Shown one piece after another: positions 11,154 through 20,000 of a stretch of 20,000 nt of DNA. Made by a program: the position numbers and the translations under genes. The stretch spans positions 45,060 through 65,059 of the forward strand of contig JBEWZL010000118.1 of NCBI GenBank assembly GCA_045837725.1. The letters are read 5' to 3'. Within the stretch, counting starts at the first letter, position 1. The number at the start of each line of letters is the position of its first letter. The notes under the pieces were generated by a model that had not been told where the DNA came from, ran no database searches, and worked only from the letters and a program-made list of their open reading frames with translations. The stretch is from Vermamoeba vermiformis. Taxonomy: Eukaryota.

Positions 11154-13271
11154 ATGTTGACTAAGAACAGCTTATTAGTTGCGTTGTACATTTGTTTGCT
11201 AAGCGCAGTTTTTGCAAGCAAAGTATCTGGTAAGTACCGCAGCCTGTCAAAAAATCTTTGCTCATCTGCTCTTTTAACCCTGAAAATAGCGTTAAAATTA
11301 ATAAAATAATTAGTAGATTATTTTCTTACGGTTGATTATTAGAATTGTTGCATAACAATCGTCCGCCGGTCAATGAAAGAAAATTTATTAGCACCGCAAT
11401 AGAAACAGTTATTAATCAGGTAAAGCTATCTATAATCTTACGTTATTACTCCGTACTTAATTATTTGCGCTAGACCTCCTCGAAGATGGTCGATCCATAC
11501 TTATCGTTCTTGTTTGTGAATTGCTACCCCAATACTCTGGACACAACAGTTGAATATAGCGTTGATCCTAAGACCAATCGCCCAGACACGTGCGTTTCAG
11601 CATTAAATTTAGATGTCGAGCTCACGTTAGATCAGATTTGTTATTACGGGTGACATTCCCGCAATGTGGCTGCGAGACTCATCCGCGCAGGTGTTACCTT
11701 ATGTGCCTTATGCCAATCAAGACCCACACTTACAGGTGAGACTAGCGCAGCGTGTGCTGCCGAGCTGACTGTAATTTTAGAGCATGTTGCGCGGTGTGAT
11801 TAATCGTCAAGTACGCTCGGTCAACATCGATGTTTATGCCAATGCGTTCAATTTTAATGAAAGCACTGCCGGCCACTTGGTAAGAGTTATCATTTGAATG
11901 TTGCCAATGCTAACTGTGTCGCAGGATGATCACCGAATTCCACCGATGACTCCGAAGTTATGGGAAGGAAAATACGAACTGGATAGCTTGGCTTGGGTAA
12001 GTATAGATTAATACGCATTAGAGTCATATCTAATGTCTTTTGTAGATGTTGCGATTATCAGCTGAGTATTACGAAGTGACTCGGGACAGCTCAATGTGTT
12101 CAGATCCAGAGTGGAAAAAAGCTTTGTGGAGAATTATTGAGGCACGTAATAGATATTACTAAAGTGTATAAGCTAATTTTATGTCTGCAGGCCACTAAAT
12201 ATCAACAAAAATCGACTTCTGAAATGTCGCAAAACGACGAATACTTTTACTCATTCTCACGCTTGGCTTGGGATCAGAGCGAAACACTTCAAAATGGCAT
12301 TGGTGCACCTGCCTTGCATTGTGGTACGTTAAAATGTCACAAACAATAGATGGTAGCTTATAGACTAATTCGTAACCAGGTCTTTCACGCAGTCCTTTCC
12401 GTCCTTCAGACGATTCTCATCGACTACCATTCCCCGTAAGTACCGCGCTAACTATATTTATTCATGTATACTAATCAGCTGGGCTTGTAGGTCGCTGCCA
12501 ATGCGATGATGTCAGTCTCGATGAAAAAGATCTACGAAATGTTGCACAACGTAAGTGCTGATGGATGTCTTACTGTTATTTATGCTTTAAATAATAGGAC
12601 GCTAGTTGTCGCGACGAAAAGCTCGTTAATACCACCCGAGAGCTGTACCGTGAAATCGAACGAGCAGTGTGGGAGCACGGTGTTGTGCATCATCCTCACG
12701 TGGGCAGAATATTCGCGTTTGAAGTCGATGGTTACGGCAGTTTCTACGCCATTGACGACGCGAACATTCCCAGCGTGCTGAGTTTACCGTACTTGGGTTT
12801 TATCAAGGCCAAGGATGAAACTTATGATCGCACTCGCAAGTTCTTGTTTTCGGACAAAAATCCGTTTTATTTCAAAGGCACCAAAGGCCGCGGCATTGGA
12901 TCTCAGCACACGGGCATCGTACGTAATCACTCTAGTCTAGCAGCGCGATATTAATTTTTTGTTAGGACTATATTTGGCCCTTGTCCATTATCATGCAAGC
13001 AACTACCAGCGAGAACGATGCGGAGATTAAAGGTGCGTTTAAAGAACCGAAGATCTGTTCTCGTAATTAATCCTGTTTCGTTGCAGAGTGCTTGGAATTA
13101 CTTAAAAGCACGGATAATGGCACCGGATTCATGCACGAGAGCTTCTACAAAAATGATCCGAGCAAGTTCACCCGCACCTGGTTTGCTTGGGCAAATGCGC
13201 AGTTCGGTCATTTGATTCTAAAAATCGCCAAAGAAAGACCTTACTTAATCTTCGGTAATCAGCCTAATTAG
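11154..13271 (+). CDS. Secreted glycoside hydrolase family 125 (exo-alpha-1,6-mannosidase-like)
   Basis: Signal peptide [21 protein letters not shown]. Many short exons carrying [99 protein letters not shown]. Stop TAG 13269-13271. Confidence 0.93.
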
Positions 13272-13360
13272 GTTTAATTAGCTAGTATGTTGAATTAGTT
13301 GTAATAAATAGCATTATTGTTCTTGTTTCGAAGGTTTTTATTATCTTACAAGTTGGTTCG

Positions 13361-15340
13361 TTAATTATTAAATAAAGGAGAGGCTTCTGTCATGGCGGGA
13401 TTAGTCACTAAATGAGTTACATTAGCGGTTGAAAATTACAAACGATAGCACGATCCGATCTTACCTCCAAATCCGGTTTCGACCGGCCAATAGCCCCAGA
13501 CGAGCAAATAAATGTAAATATTCCACATGAACGTGTAATAAACGGTACTTATAGCTAGAAGGAAAGTAAGTAAAATAAATAAAATGAGCGGGTCTTACTA
13601 TTTCGTCCAAACGGTCCGACGGTGCCCGCGAAAATTCCAACGATGACTGATAAGATGCAAATAGCAGCAGGCACGCTGAAGTACAAAAATCTTGGCCGCA
13701 TATTGGGCGCCACAGAGTTAATCGACATGATGAACATGAAGCCGATCCAAAACACGATTAAAATAAACGACGTGCCGACGAGGTAATACACCACCTTATA
13801 ATTGAAAATGTTATCAATATTTCAGCAGTATAAAGGAACTTACTTGAATCAGAGTGACGTGATCTGGTACCGAGAAAATTGGCGTGAGTCGATCGCGAAT
13901 GCTGCAGCAAGAGTGAGTCATTTACGTAGGGAACAATCGATAACGTACCTCGAGTAAATGTAAAGTACAGTAGACATCAAGCCGTAGAACAACACGGCAA
14001 GTATCTTGGGCACATCCGCTTGTGTCAATTCGTATTTAGATCGTTGGCCTTTGAACTGTTCTACGACGAGGAACCAGAACAAAAATACGGCACAATAGAA
14101 GATCAATTCGAAGAATGCGTTCATAAAGACTAGGAACCAGCCACTAACTGCGTAGTCGGCAGGATAAAGCGGATCTGATCCAAATTTTGGTTTCAATAAA
14201 ACGACTGAATTAGCTACGTACTGTTGAAGAAAAACAAGCAAACAATCAGTGCGATAACAGCCCTATGGTGTGTTAATAAGGATCATTAGCCAATGTAATT
14301 ACGTACTTTTGCTCGCCCGTCCAATTCTTCTCAGATGCGTAAACAGATCGCAACTGCACGAAGAACGCGAAGAATAATATCAACGACGCCACCGAGAATA
14401 TGACGCGCAAAGCTATTGCGAGTTGAGAATATGCCACGGTTTGTTTGAAGAACTAATAAGCGTTAATAATGCGTCAGATCTTCGATTGACACCACGTACC
14501 TCGAACTTGACATCACCCAAAAATGAATCGTTGTGCAGGCCCAAAAATCTGACGCGCGCAAGATATAAATCATAGTCAATGTAATCTTCGTAGAGCAAAA
14601 TGAAGCTCAAACATTCTTGCGCGCCCTATTACAAACGTAATCTTAATATTTCGAAAGATATTTTTTTTCTTAATTCGACCTACCTCTAAGCATATAATGT
14701 CGTCGACTAGTGTCGTATTGCGCACTAATAGCGTCATATTGTCGGCAGCATAATTCATTCCTTCGAGCGATACTTCGATACGGACATTTTGATTGATGGC
14801 TTATAAGAATAAATTAATTTATAAGAATTATTAATATGATTATAATGCACTTACCATAGCCTTTCGTATTATAAGGCGTAACGACCAAATACCACAGTTT
14901 GTTTAGTTTGCTCGTGCTTATGCCCATCCATGGTGTCCAACCGCCCTAATTTCAACGCATAAGATTATCAATAACGTAGGAATGCGCGAATTAATTAAAT
15001 TACCTTTTTGAGCTCAACGCCGTCGCATTTCGCTGGATCCCATTCGTGAGTGAAGTCGTAACAGTGATAAGCGAAATATTCGCCTTCCTCTAGTATATCC
15101 GGGCCTAAAATAATTTTTGTTTGAATATTGACATAGAAAATCATCATTTTTGATAGATGCGAATAATTTAATGATTACGAAATTTTGTAATAAATTATAA
15201 AAGACGAGAGTAAATGTTGGTAGAAGCAAGCTACCTGTAGCGCCTAGAATTATAGCTCCTAATAATACTAGGACTGAAAGTCCTGCTGTGATCGCGAAGT
15301 ATTTTAATGGCACGACATCCACTCGCATCGCCTTCGCCAT
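13361..15340 (-). CDS. TMEM181: TMEM181 / Wntless-like multi-pass membrane protein
   Basis: Multi-exon. Segments YSQLAIALRVIFSVASLILF..NWTGEQK, FFNNPLYP..SGWFLVFMNAFFELIFYCAVFLFWF, PKILAVLFYG and WNIYIYLLVWGYWP follow my recollection of the TMEM181 motif order (WGIEQK, YNDPFFP, ALLLFW, NFYLYTLAFVYSP). Stop TAA 13363-13361; start ATG 15340 or 15328. Confidence 0.72.
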
Positions 15341-15705
15341 TGCTTTTGGCACGAAACACAACTATACTAGGCTACTTAATTGTGTTGCGCTGCGAAGACC
15401 GTCTTGAAAACTAATTATCGTTTTGCAACCAACGAGAGAACACAACAAGTAATTCCTCTTGGAGAATCTTACTACTAAGTTACTACACCGTTGCCTTGCT
15501 CGCTGAAACAACGTGCCAAACGAGAAAGCAAGATAGAGCGCAACGAGATGAGGTAAAAGGCAAACCGAATTACTAAATATAAATAAACGAGGATACTTGC
15601 AATTAAATTAACTAAAATCAATTTATTTATTGGGATTTTTATGAGTAACTACTAATTTTTGTGAAGATGGCGGATTTGCTAATAAAGATCTTCCAACCGA
15701 ATCAA

Positions 15706-17169
15706 CTAAATAAGAAAAACGAGTAACCAACCAAGCAAAGAAGCGCCAATCGCCACGCCATTGCTGGCCATGTTCGCGGTTGTTGGTGCATCAACCGTGA
15801 GAGTATTCGAAGTGTCTGTGGATGTTGGTGACGAGAATGGAGCAGACATGCTAGAACCAGAAACTGGCACGGGAGCGACGAATTGCGTGACACCACGATC
15901 CCACTGTGCCGCTAGTCGTTTCACGCCAAACATGTCAAAATTGAACGGAGTTCCTACGTTGAGACCAGGCGCGGTGTGTTCCTTCAAATGAAAGTCTACA
16001 GAGCTCGTAGTAGGATCAGCCAAGCCATCCCAGTTCACGAACGGATTGCCAGTACCAGCTTCACCGTGCGCTTCAGCAGCCACGGCGTCAGCGTTCAAGT
16101 CGCAGATGGGAGAACAACCGTCGATGCGATAGTTGTCGTAGAACCAGTTGTAGTCCGCATCGGCCCAGATAGACAAAGAGTTGACGACGTTGTGATACCA
16201 CATGTTGTTGTAGACTTTGTTGTTCGAGCCTTTTGCAATGTAGATGCCACCAGATGAAGTGTTGACGTTGGTAATCAAGTTGTTGTAGAATTGGAGACCG
16301 CTCATGGATCCTCCGTCGTCGGCAATATAAAGCGCAGGGCTCCAAGAGTTCGAGAAGATGTTGCCGTAGACACTCCAGTTGTACGCGTCGCCGTTGTTGA
16401 CACCAGCCAAGAACGCCGAGCCTTCAATTTTCCACCAGACGCAGTGACGAACGACCAAATTGGTGACCGTACCGAGGAACGAGATACCTTCGGTGTGCCA
16501 GTCTGCTGTGCTTTTGTTGTCCTTGAAGTACGAGAACTCTACGACCATGTTGTAGACGTCGGCAATGTGGAAGAAGACGCCAAACACGCTGTAGCCTGCG
16601 CAGTAACTGATGGTAATGTCGTGATTGCCGCCTTGGGTCAGTTTCATGGCAGCAGTCTGCGTCTGTCGATCTGCGTGTACGCTGGTGTGGCTCAACTTAA
16701 TGTGATGCACGTTAGCATTGAAGAAGATGAGAGCTTGTCCGACATTTCCGGTTGAATAGACGTCAAAACCATAGCCAGTGAACCACGCCCCAGGACCGCC
16801 GCCCACAGATCCGTTGACTTTGTAGTACGACGAGGCTACAGTGATTGTAGGAAAGCTTGCATTGCCAGTGCCATATTGATCGAGCCATCCAACATCAGTG
16901 CCGTGGTCGTTGGCAGTAGCTTTTTGAATAGTAATCCACTTGGAGCCGGAGACTGGATCGTTAAGTGTCAAACCGGGGTATTGACCGGAACCAACGTAGT
17001 AAATGTCTCCTCGAACCAAAGTAGCAGGAAGAGCGGTATATGCATTGGTCCAATCGTTTCCATTTCCGCTGCCACGAGCAGTTGCGAGGACGTAGTGCTT
17101 GGTTTGAGCAAAGCTAGTTGAGATGAGACTCGTCATGAAAACGAGCGCTAAAATGCTGGAGAGAGTCAT
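15706..17169 (-). CDS. Intronless 487-aa secreted, probably GPI-anchored right-handed beta-helix (pectin-lyase-like fold) protein
   Basis: Single ORF. Signal peptide MTLSSILALVFMTSLISTSFA; N-cap GSGNGNDWTNAY..LPATLVRGDIYYVGSGQY; Asn-rich parallel-beta repeats (VYGNIF, FYNNLI, NNKVYNNMWYHN); DFHL...DMFGVKR..WDRG C-cap; S/T/P-rich stalk; small-residue site followed by a hydrophobic tail ending at the stop. Confidence 0.8.
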   Translation of the reverse strand: MTLSSILALVFMTSLISTSFAQTKHYVLATARGSGNGNDWTNAYTALPATLVRGDIYYVGSGQYPGLTLNDPVSGSKWITIQKATANDHGTDVGWLDQYGTGNASFPTITVASSYYKVNGSVGGGPGAWFTGYGFDVYSTGNVGQALIFFNANVHHIKLSHTSVHADRQTQTAAMKLTQGGNHDITISYCAGYSVFGVFFHIADVYNMVVEFSYFKDNKSTADWHTEGISFLGTVTNLVVRHCVWWKIEGSAFLAGVNNGDAYNWSVYGNIFSNSWSPALYIADDGGSMSGLQFYNNLITNVNTSSGGIYIAKGSNNKVYNNMWYHNVVNSLSIWADADYNWFYDNYRIDGCSPICDLNADAVAAEAHGEAGTGNPFVNWDGLADPTTSSVDFHLKEHTAPGLNVGTPFNFDMFGVKRLAAQWDRGVTQFVAPVPVSGSSMSAPFSSPTSTDTSNTLTVDAPTTANMASNGVAIGASLLGWLLVFLI

Positions 17170-17890
17170 TGTTGTTAGTTCTTAGCTAATTGGAAATAAC
17201 CGAAAGATTGCTGTCCTTTTAACTCCATCGACAGAATCTTTGGTCCTGATCGGACCCAAGTTGTGTCCCCAGTAATCTTTTTTGCTGGAGAATTCAATTA
17301 ATTAGCATGCGCGTTGTTTATGATGCAGTGTAAGTCTTTTGTGGTGGCGCCGAAAAAATTTTTTTTGTGAGGATCCGCAAGACGCAACTTAATAAGTGCG
17401 CTCACTGGAACCGTGGAAAAATTGTTAATAATTTTCACAGTGGTGTCCTCGGGTTTAGCCGCGTAGAAAATCAATTACTTAGAATAGAATAAATTTTTTC
17501 GGCTGCCAAAATTGGCTGCCACCGGTATACCTCGAGGATTGTTGGATGGCTATTATGGCGCAACGGAAGTTTGCTTTCACAATTAAAATCGCGCTCCCGA
17601 AATATAGTAGCCTAGCATTGTCAGTTAAAATTCGTTAATTAATCCGGAGCGAAGTGGAGCTTACTAGCCACCTAATATTAGCATAGGCGTTAGAGCTGAG
17701 CGCTAGCATTCACGATCAAATGAAACAAACAAAAATAATATCAATCAAAGCGGAATAACACAAAGATATAAAAGGCACTTTTATTAACCGCTAATTTGAT
17801 CCGGATTCAGATTATTAAGAGCGTCGTTATCAGCGGCAAACCACGAATTGTATCGTCAATAGACGCGACAATAGAATTACGGAGCGGCAA

Positions 17891-18315
17891 ATGGTATGCG
17901 CAGATATTATGTAAATATTAATTAATTTAAATATTCCAGAGTTTTGATTTAATTCCGAACGAAACCGTGGTTGAAATTTTGAGCTATGGGCTTCAACCCT
18001 TTGTACCCTCAGAAGCTGTAAAGTAGGAGTATGCTAATTAAAAAAAAAAGGGGATTACTAACAACATCGTTTTTTAGATGGCTTACTATTTCAAAGCGGG
18101 TAAGCAGTCTGGTATGGCTATCGGTGGAATCGGCTTACTTATCTTTCTGGCCAAACGAAGAGATCTTCCGCAAGAAAGTTGCATTCTTACGAAACTTCCC
18201 GCTGCTTAGATATGTCGAAGTTATTGGGCCCTCGGAATACTGCAAGACAACCGAAGAGTCACTCAGCCTTATAACCCATTTAACGACGAGGGTTAGGGAT
18301 CCTCCTGTCACGTGA
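17891..18315 (+). pseudogene. Short or truncated F-box (LRR-type) gene abutting the putative mobile element
   Basis: ATG micro-exon 17891-17893, intron 17894-17939, exon 17940-18022, intron 18023-18077, exon from 18078. Translation MSFDLIPNETVVEILSYGLQPFVPSEAVKWLTISKRVSSLVWLSV...FLRNFPLLRYVEVI...HLTTRVRDPPVT* (107 aa). The stop lies inside the palindrome TGTCACGTGACA. Confidence 0.6.
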
Positions 18316-18675
18316 CACGATCCCGATCCGCGTTGCTAATTAACGCGTAAGTAAATCTTTTATTTATAATGATAATAGGTCCTAACTACAGTATTAGGGC
18401 CAAAGGACAGGTCTTTGCTTGCCACGGGCGAGCGAAGCGAGCCCGTGCAACAGCACCAAATCGCCGGTCCAGCAAATCAAGCTGCTGGACTGCTAAATCA
18501 ATTCGAACACGCAATTTTTAACGCGTCGCGAACAGAAGCACAACACAACAGATTTAGGTAAGTTATTTATTACAACAATGATATTATTACCTATATTCAA
18601 TGCTAGATCGTGTCCCGAGTGACACGAATCTAGATTTAAAATTCAAGACTTTCGGTTATTTAGCAAACCGAAGTC
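18296..18675. repeat. Cluster of short inverted repeats / hairpins
   Basis: Stems at 18296-18324 (includes 12-bp palindrome 18306-18317), 18329-18347, 18378-18401, 18401-18417, 18423-18447, 18467-18490, 18603-18633 and 18647-18675, each read directly from the sequence. Confidence 0.8.
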
Positions 18676-18779
18676 AAATTACGTTATAATAAATTACAAT
18701 AACTAACATATTAATATTTTAGGATCTCTTTGATTATTTTTGGTCCGTAATTCAATTTCGGGTCAGATTCGAAAAATTA

Positions 18780-20000
18780 ATGGCTGGTAAGTGTCGGAAT
18801 TTTTCATTCATCAATTTCGCACTAGTATTAACAGTTTATAACAGAATTTTCTTGCAATTATTGCGAGAAGAAGTTCAATAAAATCGGAAAGTTGAATTTC
18901 CACGTCAAAGACTGCCATCCAGAAGACGAGGAGAGCAAGAAGTGCCCGTTATGCAATAAAACATTCGGTTCTGTCTCGAACAAACTGCGTCACGAGCAAA
19001 CTGGCTGTCCAAAGGAGCGGAAGATCGTTTGGATTCCGCCCGAGGATGTCAATAAAGAGAAAATTAATAATCGCCACGTGAACCAACGCAATCAATTGAC
19101 AGACAACTCTCTCGAAATTATTCAAATGTTTAAGCAGTACTTGACAGCTGGCAGTACTTCAACCTTTATGCTCAGTCGTGGCAAACAGCAGCTCGAAAAG
19201 TCAAGTGTCGAGTCGTATGTCAGTCATTTTCGAGTGTATTTAGCATTTGTTGAGGTAAGGCAACTTATTTTGCCCGACTGTTAGCTAACTTAGCATGCAC
19301 AGAATGCAGAAACTGATCGCGATGTTATTGATTGCTTCCTTCGCGTTAAAACAATTAAAGACTATGTTCGGCACTTGACGGAATCAGAGTACTGTAAGAA
19401 GACGATACTTAACAGATTGCTTGCTTTGGAGCGATTCTGTGGATTTGTTGAAGAGAAGATTGATAATCTTGCAGCAAGCAATCTCACTTCTCGAAAACGC
19501 ACCAAGCCATTTGAAAAGACAGTTATAGAGACATTTGAGTGGCTCAGCGCCCAGATTAAAGTGTATCGTCCAATCGCAACAAAAGAAACCTTGGCACGTA
19601 ACAGCCGTGAGACTTACGAACAAGAGGGCCGCTGGATATCTCCTCAAAAGCTATTTTCAAAAGAACAAGAGCTTCGAGAGCATATTGACACCTTGATTAG
19701 TCAGTGCGAAACAAATCCTGATCGAAGGTACTTTGTTTTATATAGGTGCTGTGGTTCTAATTTGTAATACAGACCAACAATGGCAGACATCCAAGCTATC
19801 CAACGCTATTTGTTATTTGTGTTAGTGGTTCGCAGGCCACCAATGCGAGCCCAGAACTTCCAGCTTTTAATACTCGAGAAAGTTGAAAACCCAAAAGAAG
19901 CCAAGCACAATGCAGTTGTTTTTGAAGGGGAAGAAGTCATTTTGCAGTACAGTGAATACAAAACAAAGTCGTAAGTAATGTCAATTTGATAATGTAGATT
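18780..20000 (+). CDS. Tyrosine recombinase (integrase-like) with two N-terminal zinc fingers; intron-containing; truncated by the window edge
   Basis: Exons 18780-18786, 18845-19254, 19303-19727 and 19773-19970 join in frame. C2H2 finger CNYCEKKFNKIGKLNFHVKDCH; C2HC finger CPLCNKTFGSVSNKLRHEQTGC; core-binding (SAM-like) helices SSVESYVSHFRVYLAF and IKDYVRHL..YCKKTILNRLLALERFCGF; box-I-like Arg in PPMRAQNFQLL; Lys hairpin in QYSEYKT. The HxxR and Tyr motifs are not within the window. Confidence 0.75.

Larger units (their letters stand above)
18296..20000 (+). mobile_element. Left portion of a putative Crypton-like (tyrosine-recombinase) DNA element; boundary uncertain (about 18290-18400)
   Basis: YR gene preceded by hairpin-rich non-coding DNA that begins where an F-box gene breaks off. 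No right end or target-site repeat is visible. Confidence 0.55.

Noticed and set aside
13361-15340. Wntless-like protein as evidence of Wnt signalling in a protist
   Set aside because: The motifs fit TMEM181, which to my knowledge is broadly distributed in eukaryotes; no Wnt component is in the window.
15761-17121. Several plus-strand ORFs (76-154 aa) and alternate-frame ORFs over the beta-helix gene
   Set aside because: Antisense or shadow ORFs of a GC-richer real gene; no recognisable motifs.
17405-17525. Imperfect AT-rich inverted repeat and GGCTGCCA direct repeat upstream of the beta-helix gene
   Set aside because: Short and degenerate; not distinguishable from background promoter sequence.
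15361-17621. Imperfect inverted repeat (core CTAGGCTACT at 15367 and AGTAGCCTAG at 17606) bracketing the intronless gene, as possible TIRs
   Set aside because: Only a 10-bp exact core, expected by chance many times in 20 kb; no target-site duplication seen.
18296-18700. CRISPR-like array, tRNA or hammerhead ribozyme in the hairpin cluster
   Set aside because: The stems differ from one another and are irregularly spaced; no cloverleaf with a T-loop and no CTGATGA...GAAA core seen on either strand.

Overview
Eukaryotic, gene-dense, AT-rich genomic DNA with many short (about 40-150 nt) GT-AG introns and CTAAY-like branch sites, read in the standard code. The gene set looks protist-like, possibly amoebozoan (inference only). 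All gene models were spliced by eye. Left to right: 3' part of a PP4 regulatory subunit 1 gene (+); an LRR-like/F-box gene (-); an EF-hand-type NADPH oxidase with an apparent 1-nt frameshift (-); a 94-aa protein with an HABP4/SERBP1/PDCD4-type motif (-); an ABHD1-3/YheT hydrolase (-); a secreted GH125 alpha-mannosidase (+); a TMEM181 homologue (-); an intronless, bacterial-looking, probably GPI-anchored beta-helix protein (-); a short or truncated F-box gene (+); a cluster of hairpins; and an intron-containing zinc-finger plus tyrosine-recombinase gene (+) running off the right edge. The best candidate for an undescribed system is the hairpin-flanked ZnF-tyrosine-recombinase element from about 18.3 kb onward.
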